Shown here: in pieces, positions 1 through 10,688 of the stretch
Numbering within the stretch: the stretch's first letter is position 1
Layout of the letters: every line of letters begins with the position of its first letter
Assembly (NCBI GenBank): GCA_026025075.1
Contig: JAPEUI010000089.1
Span: forward strand, 47,061-67,060
Length of the DNA stretch: 20,000 nt
Source: Vezdaea acicularis
Taxonomy: Eukaryota
Direction: 5' to 3'
Program-made: the position numbers and the translations under genes
The notes under the pieces: model-generated
Databases searched by the model: none
The model's input: only the letters and a program-made list of their open reading frames with translations
What the model was told of the DNA's origin: nothing

Positions 1-1232
1 GCACCAATACCTCCTATCCCTCTAACCATACGTACGTCCCAGCATTTAACCCATCCATCGCCAGAACCAGATAGCAAGCGGTGCCCATCGACGCTCCAAT
101 CTAGAGCGTATATTTCTCGAATATGGCCGTCGAGAATCATCACGGTGCGCCCAGTGCGAAGGTCCCAGATCCTTCCAATGCTATCCAAGCCAGCACTGGC
201 AAGCAACGAGCCATCTGTATTGAAGCTTAAGGCGTAAACTTCTCGGGAGTGTCCGTCCTGGAGTAGTAGTTCGGTGGTTGTTGTAACGTCCCAAAGTCTC
301 CATGTTGTATCATACGATGCAGAAGCCAGGTATCGACCAGATGGATGAAATTCGATACGGCAGACTCTACCAAGATGCCCTGATAGTGTTGACAAAGGTG
401 TGTCTTGACTAAGTGACCAAAGGTGGATGTCCCCTTCCCCTCCACTTGACGCTAGATTAAGAGAGCTAGAAGTGACCGAAGAACCATCTAATGTTGCCCC
501 TGGATACCAACTGATACCTCCGATTCTATCTGTATGACCTCTCAATAACGTTTTTTCATTTAAGTTTGGAACATCTAATAGTTTGACGCCTCCACCCCAG
601 TTGCCAGTGGCCACGAGTTTTCCATTTGGCGAGAACCTTACAATGCTCACAGGCCTCTCTCCAGCGATCTGCGAGCCATAGAGGTCAAAAGACTCTAGGC
701 GTTCTCGTATAGCCTTGCGATGCTTGACGTGTGTACGTAACGGTATACCTGCTTCAAGCTTCTGAGTAGCTATGCGGACTTTTGCAAGAGGTATAGAAAA
801 GCTTGCTATGTCTTGACGAGCATGCAAGAGCTCTTTAATACCCTCCGTATAGAATTCTTCATCTTGGTCCACCTGCTCTTCAACCTGCGGTTGGCCCCCA
901 AGCATTTGCACATCTCCGTCGGCATCTTGACCTGATTCTTGTTCTGCAAGTAATGTGAGGAGTTCTCGGAGGCGATCTCTTCTGTCTCCTGGTCCCTCCC
1001 CAAACAAAGTAATAGGTTCCCCTAGCTCTCTGAGTCGTGTGCGAACGCGACCATCATCGGTTGGTACCGCTATCGCTGCTGCTCGTTTCCTTCGTGAAAA
1101 CTGCGACAAGATGGCGGACGCTTTCTCAGGAGCGATTCCGCCCAATGATGCGTCTATGGCGCTAGCCCCTGATAGCTCTGAGAAAGATATCCAGCCATCC
1201 TTCCGATCGTCTGCCTTCTGAGCGTTGGCCAT
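1..1232 (-). CDS. PRP4: U4/U6 snRNP protein Prp4 (PRP4/SFM motif plus WD40 repeats), 3' end beyond the left edge
   Basis: Manual translation of an uninterrupted minus-strand frame from ATG 1232 to the window edge (not in the ORF track). It reads MANAQKADD...AIAVPTDDGRVRTRLRELGEPITLFGEGPGDRRDRLRELL (PRP4 motif)...EEFYTEG..., then WD40 repeats (LRGHTDRIGGISW, LSGHLGRVCRIEFHPSGRYLASASYDTTWRLWD, QDGHSREVY...GRIWDLRTG). Confidence 0.95.
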   Translation of the reverse strand, partial: MANAQKADDRKDGWISFSELSGASAIDASLGGIAPEKASAILSQFSRRKRAAAIAVPTDDGRVRTRLRELGEPITLFGEGPGDRRDRLRELLTLLAEQESGQDADGDVQMLGGQPQVEEQVDQDEEFYTEGIKELLHARQDIASFSIPLAKVRIATQKLEAGIPLRTHVKHRKAIRERLESFDLYGSQIAGERPVSIVRFSPNGKLVATGNWGGGVKLLDVPNLNEKTLLRGHTDRIGGISWYPGATLDGSSVTSSSLNLASSGGEGDIHLWSLSQDTPLSTLSGHLGRVCRIEFHPSGRYLASASYDTTWRLWDVTTTTELLLQDGHSREVYALSFNTDGSLLASAGLDSIGRIWDLRTGRTVMILDGHIREIYALDWSVDGHRLLSGSGDGWVKCWDVRMVRGIGGIG

Positions 1233-1396
1233 GGCTCGTGCGGGTGCATTGTGGTGCGTATGCGGGCAACCCGAGAGGGTTTTCACAGGTGAACTTTGCC
1301 GGAAAGAACACAGCTTTCGTTTAGATATACATCAATGATTGTGGAAAGCCGCCTCCTCGAGGGTGTGATCTTCACCATGTAATATTATCAATCAAC
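1233..1396. promoter_or_regulatory. Short divergent (probably bidirectional) promoter between PRP4 and PTC7
   Basis: Only 164 bp separate the head-to-head start codons (1232 on -, 1397 on +). Confidence 0.55.
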
Positions 1397-2791
1397 ATGC
1401 AATTTTTAGAGTCTAGAAGGCTGCTGGCGGCAGCTTTGTATGGTTCGCTCCGGGTTATTCAACCACAGGTGACTGGCATCGCATCCTCACTCGGTCTATT
1501 TCAGGCGGCTTTTGCTACTCGAGCTCTTGAGGGTTTGACATCCTGCTCAAACATATCTCCACCCATAGCTTATGGTACCACGAACTGTGGGCAGGCATAC
1601 TCGACAGCTAGCAGGAACTCATTATCTTCTAGTATCGGATATCGGATAGCTGCATCATATTCTGGGAAAAACAATAGATTTGACCCAGAGTCCGACATTT
1701 TTAATTACAATCCCTTCAGCCAGTTACGAGTCAAATTTAAAGAATTGAATGTTACCGAGAGAAAGCAAAGAAGACCTCAAAGTGGTCAAGATGCTTTCTT
1801 CATCAGCAAGATTGGCGAGACTGGCAGCGTTGCCTTCGGAATAGTAAGCACTGAATGCCTTCACCCCGCCATTCTTACGTGCCGATATTGATTATACTAT
1901 TCTTTAACAGGCTGATGGTGTTGGTGGCTGGACTGAGTCTGGGGTTGATCCAGCAGACTTTTCACATGGTCTATGCGAGTACATGGCAGCAGAAGCATAC
2001 GGTCATTGCAAGAGTGGAGCCTGTACACTTCAAGCTAAAGATCTACTGGAAGCGGGTTATCAGCAGGTTGTTGCCGATGACTGGATTACGGCTGGAGGAA
2101 GTACTGCATGTATAGCTATTGGAAGGTCTGACGGGCTACTCAATGTCTCAAAGTAAGGTTTCATCCCATCTCTGCATTCAGTCAGATGTATAGGTGTAAC
2201 GGTCAAAATAGCCTAGGCGATTCTGGCTTCATCCAGCTCCGTCTGAACGCAGTCCATCACTGCACAGAGCCCCAAACTCATGCTTTCAACACCCCTTATC
2301 AGCTTTCTGTCATACCCCCATACATTCTTGCACGCACTAAAGCATTCGGTGGGCGGCGTCTTCAGGACATGCCGGACGATTCACATGTATCTTCTCATAC
2401 CGTAAGGCATGGAGACATATTGATCTTCGCAAGCGATGGGGTTTGGGATAATTTAAGTCCGCAAGATGTTCTGAAAATTGTAAGTCGGCGAATGCTTAGC
2501 CTGTCGGCATGGCACAGAAGCAAAAATGGCATCACCGTTGGCCATCAAATTGATATTCTGACGGATCAGTCGCGGGCCTCGCAAAGCCAAACTGACACGT
2601 TGCAAGCTTTACTTGCCATATCAATCGTGGGAGAAGCCAAAGTGGCTAGCCTAGATACGAGGAGAGATGGACCATTTGCAAGGGAAGTTGCAAAGCACTT
2701 CCCAAATGAGGAATGGCATGGGGGAAAGCCAGACGATATATGCGTCATAGTTGCAATCGTTATCAATGATGGGCAAACTTATAAAGCCTAG
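1397..2791 (+). CDS. PTC7: PP2C-family phosphatase, PTC7/Azr1 type; exons 1397-1843, 1911-2152, 2212-2791
   Basis: The spliced product has SGQDAFF, AFGI|ADGVGGWTESGVDPADFSHGLC, AGGSTAC, N|LGDSGF, QTHAFNTPYQLS, GDILIFASDGVWDNL and GGKPDDICV. Introns are GTAAGC..CAG (1844-1910) and GTAAGG..TAG (2153-2211). The N-terminus is presequence-like. Confidence 0.92.
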
Positions 2792-3270
2792 GTGACTTAC
2801 TCACACAACCCCCCCCCCCTGTAGTGTACTCTACTGCAAAGACGATGAAAACTGGCACGAGGAAAAGGGCAACACGAATTGCAGCAAATATATCTTTCGA
2901 ATTCGCTGTTCTTGGAATAGCAATAGAATCTCGATGAGCAGAACACACTGTCAATCAAAGTCCTGGCCCACAGTGAATCCGCGCCTCACAAATTTTGTGG
3001 GCTCAGGAGATTCCTCCAGTTGGTTGCTATGGCGATAGGCGAGTGTTTACACTACTCGCGAAGGCAAGATCGATCATTCGCTTCGGGGCCAGAACACGAA
3101 AATATCGCGCCTGGACAAGATCATGGATTAGATCTCTTCATGGACAACCCGTTGATTTAGTTTTAAGAATATACCTGTAGCTCCACTATTTGCTTTGACC
3201 CTCAAGCGCTCTGGCGTAAAATCTTCAAGACCTCACTAAAATCGATGCTCAAATCCGGTCGATCGTCACA

Positions 3271-5906
3271 ATGGCTGCAGCCTCACCTACTCCGATGAAT
3301 TACAATGGCTACGAACACCTATCTCGCAAGCCATCTTATCGACAAATGAGCCGTAGTTATGCTCTAAGACCTCATTTGAGGCGCGAGTCACCTGTTTCAG
3401 GCGCTATGATTGCGAAAGTAAAGTCGCATCACATCGCCGCTGCGGATAGTTCTGACGATGATATACCGATCCCAATGAAATTCAGCGCCCTAACGAAGGC
3501 TCTATTGGACGACGAACCATCTGTCCTAGAAAATTCCTCTCCAAATGCTGGCCAGGGCTCACGTACAGTTCGACCTGCGACAACCTCTGACGGTGACGAG
3601 ACCTCCCAACGGAGCAGTCCACTCTCGCCGGGGCTTCGAAGATCTCAATCAATGTACTCTGACAGAAAGTCTCGAAATGCTAGTATCTCGGCGCGCCGAA
3701 TTGTCCGCTTGAGCGGAGGGTCAACGGGCTCCGGAACTAAAGGAAACCAAGGATCATCTTTAAGTGCTCAGCCTATGGTCGAAAGGTCAGGATCGCCTCA
3801 TAGTAGCAGTCCTAGGGATCTGATAACGCCGGCACCGCCTCCGCGTAACATCAGAGTGAAAGGAAATATAGCTAATTGGGCAATGTCGAGTCCATCATCA
3901 AAGGCGCCCGTGTCACCACCCGTGTCACCACCCGTGGACCGGGAAGGAATACATCATGTTCCTACAACTCTCGGTCAATCATACTCTACTATTGGTCAAA
4001 GTAGTATCTCTAGGTATGCTGGCACGGGAAAATTAAGACAAGGAGAAGAAACTGGCGTTCAAGGATCTGTTCGAATGAAAAGAGTTGGAAAAGTCAGTGG
4101 CACCTTCTTGAGTGGCCCAGCTCGAAGGGGGAGACGACGTCAAAGTGAGGACGACCAGAGCCCTGCCAGTCAGTATACAAAAACCGCAATGCCAGCAGAA
4201 AATATGCCAGCAGAAGACGATGCACCAGAGAAGCAGAATCTGGAGCACTCGGATGACGTAGTAGTATCAAGAGCCGGTGAGAATGCAGATACCGAAGCGT
4301 ATCAAGCCCAAGCAAGTCACAAAGTTCATTTCTTCTCTGAACTTTTATCTGAGCCAGTTGAAAGTGTAAAACATCATACACCACATTTACAACAGTCAGG
4401 GTTCTCAGCTTTGCGACCAACTTCAACAAATACGTCTGACAAGTCCTTAATGGCTAGACCTCAACCAGTCTTCAAGGTTTCAGCGTTACCGCCAGCTTTG
4501 CCCTCTATGCGAGATCAGGAGAACGAACCTCCACCGACTTTTAAGAAAGGGCAGCCTGTAGAATATGGACTTCTCAGCAAAGTTGAGAAGGTTCCCTTAT
4601 ATCCGAACCCGAGGCCATCTTTATCGGCCACGCCTGGGATAGCTACACCTAGCAGAAATGCACTGGCTCCGCGAAGCCAGAACACCCCTCATCGACCAGC
4701 ACCTCCTCCCCCTCCAAAGATGTCCGTTTTAGAGACGGCGACAGCAACTGCCGGGGCTGCTACTACGTCACATTCCAAGAGGAAACGAAACTATATTGCC
4801 GTTAATGGTAAGGCTTTCACACGCATGGATTGCATCGGGCGGGGTGGAAGTTCTAGAGTCTATCGGGTAATGGCAGAAAACTACAAACTGTTCGCATTGA
4901 AGAAGGTAACATTGGAAGACGTTGATGAGTTGGCAATAAGAGGTTATAAGGGTGAGATTGATTTACTATGTAAGCTGGAAGGTGTCGATAGGGTGGTGAG
5001 ACTTTTTGACTGGGAGGTTAATGATGAGAAGCAGACCTTGAGCGTGGTGAGTGACAATTACAACGAATCCTTTTTTTGGGCGAAATTGCTAACTTAATCT
5101 CATAGCTTATGGAGATTGGAGAGTCGGACCTTGAGCGTATTCTTACCATGCGACTGAAGACAGAAGACGCAAGGTTTGATATAAATTTTGCACGGTTTTA
5201 CTGGAGGGAGATGTTAGAATGTGTGCAATCTGTACATCAATTCGATATCGTGCACTCAGACTTGAAACCGGCGAACTTTCTTCTGGTCCAAGGCAGATTG
5301 AAACTGATCGACTTCGGCATTGCCAATGCAATCCAGGAAAACACGGTCAATGTCCATCGGGAACAGACTGTTGGAACCCCGAATTATATGTCGCCAGAAG
5401 CAATTATTGATTCGAATGCAAAGAGCGGACTGGCATCGGAGGCCGGAAAGATGATGAAGCTTGGCAAACCGAGCGACGTCTGGAGTTTAGGGTGCATCTT
5501 ATATCGCATGGTGTATGGCAGTCCCCCATTTGCACATATCCAGAATCAGATTCATAGGATCATGGCGATTCCAAACCCGAAGCATGCCATCGAATTCCCG
5601 GAAAAAGGGGTCGGGGACGTGCTAGTGCCTGCAAGCTTGATCAAGACGTTAAAATGGTGTTTGGAACGAGACCAGCATCGACGGCCAACGATCGCGCAAC
5701 TTCTTGATCAAAGAGACCCGTTTCTCTATCCTGATGCGGTGAAGGAGGGAACGGTAGAGATGAGTCAGGAGACATTGAGGAGAATATTGGCAAATGTGGT
5801 CAATTATTGTAACACCAAAGGGATACCCAGTCAAGCTGAGGTAGCCGAGTGGCCAGCAGTGTATTTCACGAAGATAAAGGAGCTCATGAAAGAAGCGGCA
5901 AGTTGA
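3271..5906 (+). CDS. MPS1: Spindle checkpoint kinase Mps1/Mph1 (TTK family); exons 3271-5046, 5106-5906
   Basis: Long S/P-rich N-terminus, then a kinase domain: IGRGGSSRVYRV, FALKKV, GYKGEIDLL, HSDLKPANFLLVQGRLKLIDFGIANAI, VGTPNYMSPEA, SDVWSLGCILY. Intron GTGAGT..GCTAAC..TAG at 5047-5105 joins the two ORFs in frame. Confidence 0.95.
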
Positions 5907-6320
5907 TGGCATAAAATTTTCTTTGAGCAGATAGACTTGGATCCGCGAGTACGATCCACACAATTGGATGAAGTAGCCATGATTCACTCTAGGGTTTTAA
6001 AGCGTAAACTGGCGTAGTACTACGCTGTAATTTTGTACTGCCCAAGTGATGGTCAGTGTATTCTCGATTGAAAAATCCAAATCAAGCTTCAGGGATTGGG
6101 AGCAATCATGTTCAATGGCGGATAGGACCGCATCTTCTTAAGTCAAGGTTTTATTGTATGTTTAGTCGGACAAATTCTTGTCTAAAGATCCAGTGGTGGC
6201 TGCATAACTTCAAGTCGCTCGAAACTGTGCTCGCTTGTTAGACTTGTAACGGATCTCAGCAGTTTGCTTCGTCATGATGCACATTCTCTGGAATCAGGTT
6301 ACAACATTGAAATAACTCAA

Positions 6321-7055
6321 ATGTCATGGTCTAGGCCGACAATTATCTCCTGGATCTGTTACCCTCCATCTAGGAGTACCGCGCGCCGAAATCTAATGAC
6401 CAGAGTGAATATCCACTACCCAACAGCCAAAACAGAACCTATATGGCATCATGAATGGCTATTTATCCTGCGGTCCCGCTTTTCCTCGTCATGCGTGCAT
6501 CAGAAAGAATCTCTCCAGCCCCAGAATTTCTATGAGCTCTTTCCCGACTCGCTTTCGGCGGGGCCGCCACCACGAGGGAAATTCCATATCGACATCAAGC
6601 AGCTCCGGAGGGAATACCTGAGGCTTCAGTCCAAGGCACATCCAGACCGACACAGCCAAGAAAACAAGAGCCGGGCAGAAGCAGCATCAGCACGTATCAA
6701 CGAGGCGTTCAAGACTCTTCAGGATCCCCTTCTTCGCGCCCAGTATCTACTTTCTTTGAGGGGCATCGATGTAGCGGAGGATGAAACGGCAAAGGTTGAG
6801 GACCCCAGCTTGTTGATGGAGGTCTTGGAGGCAAGAGAAGAAATCGAAGCTGTACAGAGTGAAGAGGAGCTAGAGCCACTGAAGTTGAGGAATGAGGAGA
6901 GGGTGATGGAAAGTGTGAAAGGCTTGGAAAAAGCTTTCGAGGCTAATGACGTGGCTGCAGCAAAACACGAAGCAGTCAAGTTGAGGTATTGGATCAATAT
7001 CAAGGAGAGTCTAAGTTCTTGGAAAAGGGGAAAGCCTATCATACTTGTGCATTGA
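6321..7055 (+). CDS. JAC1: Mitochondrial Fe-S cluster co-chaperone Jac1/HscB (J-domain plus HSCB C-terminal domain)
   Basis: J-domain LRREYLRLQSKAHPDRH...SARINEAFKTLQDPLLRAQYLL and C-terminal LLMEVLEAREEIE...AVKLRYWINI. First in-frame ATG is 6321; the true start is uncertain. Confidence 0.9.
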   Translation: MSWSRPTIISWICYPPSRSTARRNLMTRVNIHYPTAKTEPIWHHEWLFILRSRFSSSCVHQKESLQPQNFYELFPDSLSAGPPPRGKFHIDIKQLRREYLRLQSKAHPDRHSQENKSRAEAASARINEAFKTLQDPLLRAQYLLSLRGIDVAEDETAKVEDPSLLMEVLEAREEIEAVQSEEELEPLKLRNEERVMESVKGLEKAFEANDVAAAKHEAVKLRYWINIKESLSSWKRGKPIILVH

Positions 7056-7406
7056 AATGGGTAGGATTTAGGTTCGTCTTAAAAGCGTAGCCCAAAGTAT
7101 CGTTCAAGGAAGGCATGGTAAGGCATATCCGGGAGAGGCATCGAGGATGCTTGCTCTCAATTAGCGTAGCAGAAAAACCCTCATTTATTAGTTCAAGTCT
7201 CCGCCATATAGAATACCCAAAATCTGTACCAGATTTGGTTCTGTTATCAGCTCTCCGTATCATAACCAGTGTAGCGTGGCCAATTATCTCTAATCAAATG
7301 GCCAAGTCGCGTGTCATTTTCGGGAAATGAACACATTCGCTTTTCGGCACCCTGGGGCTGTTCTTAAGTGTCAGTCATTGCACAGCAAGTCCTATCGCAT
7401 GGTACA

Positions 7407-8985
7407 ATGACAAGAACATCACTTTTGGTCCTGGTGACAGTCTCTGCTGTCTTGGGAAGCCAAAGCGTCTTCAGCGTCCACGATGACATTTTAGCGTTTC
7501 CGCAAGTTAGTTTCTGAGGTTTTCCCACTTGCGCCGCGGACCTAATCTTTAACAGTACGATGTGATACTCTCTGATACTTTCATATCGAATGCGGATGCT
7601 CATTCAAGACTTGCTTCTGCGATTTCGAGCTCTTCAGCCCCCTCAGGAGCCACTTCGGAAACGTTGCAAGCGGTCCAAGGTGGAAGAGGGGTCGCATACC
7701 GAGCTGGCAACACCGATGAAAGGCACGCAGAGCAAGATCCCGATTACATCTTTGAAAATGCGGCCGAGATGTACGAGGGCATGATTCTGGAGGGGAAGCG
7801 CTACCTCTGCTCAATACCTGTTGTGAAGGAGGCAGTGCGGAATGAGACACTCGAAGCAGCCGCCCGTGTCGAAGAGGAGAAAGAGATGGCGCGGGCAACT
7901 ATAAGAGGGTGGGAGCTTTTGAAAGAAATGGAGGGGCACTGCTTATATTACATCGTCGGATACTGGTCATATTCCTTCTGCTACAACGGCAAGGTGACGC
8001 AGTTTCATCATCTTCCACCTCAGAAGGATGTACCACTCTTCCCCCCTCAAGAGGACCGTAGTGTACCGTCCTTTATTCTTGGCGATACCAAGGGGCATAT
8101 TGTGCAAGATGGTGCAGGAAAAGAATCAGGAGGAGAGGCAGGTGGAAAAGTGGAAGAAGGTCCAACCCGCCTGGTTGGCACACAGCTTCAGGCTAAGGGG
8201 GAGATGCGCTATTTGGTGCAGAAGCTGGATGGTGGGACGGAGTGTGATCTTACAGGAAAGGATAGACAGATAGAAGTTCAGGTAAAGTTTTTGCAAACGA
8301 CAGATCTAGGCCTTGCTGAAAGATGTTCTAGTTTCACTGCCACGAGCAATCGAATGACCGAATTGGATGGATCAAAGAAGTTGCGACATGTAGCTATCTT
8401 ATGATAATCTACACGCCTCGTCTCTGCCATGACGCTGCGTTCCGGCCACCTCGCGAAAATCGGGCCAATCCTATCGCCTGCCGTGAAGTGTTGGAGCCAC
8501 ATGAAGTTAAAGGCTGGAAGACCAGAAAAGCATCGGAAGCTGAGAGAAAGACACTGAAGGGAAGTGATGGACAAGAATCAAACCCAATCATTGTTGGAGG
8601 AATCCAAGTCGCAGCAGCTAACCATGTTGGTAAAATTGGCCGACGGATTGAATTTGTGAATCCTGCGGAAGCAGGCCCGGGCAAGGTCGAAATCATTGCT
8701 CAAAGCCTGGGCAACCGGAAGGGTGGAAAATACCAGAGGCTGACAGATGAAGACCTTAAGAATATGGATATTGATCCAGGCGTGGTCGATAGTATGCGCA
8801 AAGAGCTGCAGGAACTGGCTGGAGACCGAGGTTGGAAACTGGAGGTTGTAGATCGGCCGGGCGGGAGGCGCGATATTCATGGGGTTTTAAGTGATGAACC
8901 AGCCAAGAAGGGCAAGGGCACACCCGAAGAGGAAGATTCCGCAGAAGGTGACGAGAGTGCAGAAGGCTATCCAGACAAGCTTTGA
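7407..8985 (+). CDS. YOS9: ER lectin Yos9/OS-9 (MRH/PRKCSH domain); exons 7407-7505, 7556-8281, 8332-8985
   Basis: Signal peptide MTRTSLLVLVTVSAVLG, then FSVHDDILAFPQ|YDV, RYLCSIP, CLYYIVGYWSYSFCYNGKVTQFH, YLVQKLDGGTECDLTGKDRQIEVQ|FHC...DRIGWIKEVATCSYLMIIYTPRLC. Introns 7506-7555 and 8282-8331 are GT-AG. Confidence 0.92.
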
Positions 8986-9232
8986 CGGCATTTGAATAGC
9001 ATTGCTTGGGCGCATTGGAGTTGGGTACATTGGCGTCACATGGAAAAGGTATGCATCGGACAAAAGGCTTGTTAGAATAGGATTTTCACTTATTCCCAGC
9101 TTCCCAGTCTATAGTACATCATGCGCAGACATGACTGCTAGAAACTCATGTCCTATCTAGAACTATGAACGCTCTAACCGTAGAGCATGGCCAAGACGTT
9201 ATTCGTTAATAGCCAGCTGGCCTTTGCATATT

Positions 9233-10688
9233 TCAGTGCACCATGGACTTCCCAATCTCGCTCTTCCAACCAGCAGCCCGTTCAAACCCATTCGAATGGC
9301 TCTGGAAATCGACCATGGCTTGGTAAACTTCGTCTTGTGTATTGAGGACGAAAGGTCCGTACTGTACAACCTTTTGATCAAGGGGGAGGCCAGCTATAAG
9401 AACTGCGAGAAAGGTAAGTTAGCATGTAGTTCAGGATAGGAGTTGCGAAGGAGATGGGGATATAGATAGAAATAAACGAAACCCGGACATCCGTTAAGCG
9501 TTGGTGGTTTAGTGGCAAAATCCGTCGTTGCCATCGACGGGCCCCGGGTTCGATTCCCGGCCGACGCAAGTAATACATGTCTCTTTTTATTTACTCTGTT
9601 CAACGACAGTCGGGGCTTTTTTTTTAAAAGGGGCTTTATCACCAAGCAATCAAGAGGTGTGCGGTGGAGTTGGCGGTTTTCAGTGGAAGCGTAAAGAAAG
9701 GGGGAGGCTTACTGAAATGACCATCTTCTTTGGCGTCCTCTGGAACGGAAGCAACGATGATATCGCCCTTTTGCTCAAAGACAACATTATGGTATTGAGC
9801 TATTGTTGTCTCGTCTGCACCAGTACCAAAGGTTGTGCTGCCCGCAAACGTGTAGGCAAACGCATTCCAGCTCGTGGGCACTTCCTGCGTTACCTTGCCA
9901 CCTGGTTTGATTTTTATATCGAGGAGCCATACTGGAGTGTATGCAAGCTCCTTGACACTGTCGATACCGTGTGACTGGCCCGAAATGACTTTAATGTGAA
10001 CTTTGTTGTCATCCACATCGACGCTAGGTATCTCGGCCGCCTTCAAGTCGCGATAACGGGGTTCGCACTTCTTCAACTTTGCAGGAAGATCTACCCAGAG
10101 CTGGAGGCCGACATTTGGGCTGCCATCGGCATTTTGGTGAGGCATCTCGGCGTGCATGATGCCTTTGCCTGCTGTCATGAATTGCAGGTCTCCCGTCTCA
10201 ATTGTGCCCTTGTTACCAGCGAAATCTTCATGATCGAAAGCACCACTCATCATGTAGGTAATTGTCTCTTGGCCCCGGTGAGGGTGGTCGGGGAATCCCG
10301 CGCCTGGCGAGACAGTAAAGTGGTCGAGCATCAAGAATGGAGAGAAATTTCTTAATTTTGGAACGCCGATTGAACGACGGACACGGGCGCCAACACCTTC
10401 GGACTGCTCGGTGGCCAAGAAGGCTGTGCGGATGTTTCTTGGGGTGCCCATTGTTGAGGCTTGCCTGAATCTTTGATGGATCGGAAGAATGGCCAGGAGA
10501 CCTTCGAAAGTGGAGGACTTTGTCTTTGGGGTGAATATGGAGAATTTTCTGGTAGGTGAATACCGGCTGAAGGACTCGATAGGTTTGAAGGACTTGAGTT
10601 GCTGCGTGATGGTAATAGGACCCCTGAGATCGTATAAAATTGCTGCTGCGATGGCGAGTAGAATTGAAAATGAGAAAACAAACCTCAT
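9233..10688 (-). CDS. Pirin family bicupin protein; exons 10688-9713 and 9402-9233 (alternative start ATG 10451)
   Basis: EGVGARVRRSIG, PFLMLDHF, GFPDHPHRGQETITY, HEDFAG, LQFMTAGKGIMHAEMP, GLQLWVDLP. Intron GTAAGC (9712)..GCTAAC..CAG (9403) joins to the C-terminal exon ILIAGLPLDQKVVQYGPFVLNTQDEVYQAMVDFQSHSNGFERAAGWKSEIGKSMVH*. Confidence 0.93.
9498..9568 (+). tRNA. tRNA-Gly(GCC), intronless, 71 nt
   Basis: Full cloverleaf: acceptor GCGTTGG/CCGACGC, D arm GTTT-AGTGGCA-AAAT, anticodon arm CGTCG-TTGCCAT-CGACG, T arm CCGGG-TTCGATT-CCCGG, discriminator A. A T5 run about 15 nt downstream fits a Pol III terminator. Confidence 0.97.

Noticed and set aside
227..1221. Short ORFs 227-445, 806-1003 and 955-1221
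   Set aside because: They are alternative-frame or antisense shadows of the continuous PRP4 frame.
1844..2211. Yeast-like productive intron retention in PTC7
   Set aside because: The introns are 67 and 59 nt, not multiples of three, so retention would shift the frame or terminate translation.
2809..2819. C11 homopolymer after the PTC7 stop
   Set aside because: Simple repeat with no further structure.
7270..7320. UPRE-like words (AGCGTGGC, CGCGTGTC) upstream of YOS9
   Set aside because: Plausible for an ERAD gene but too degenerate to support without conservation data.
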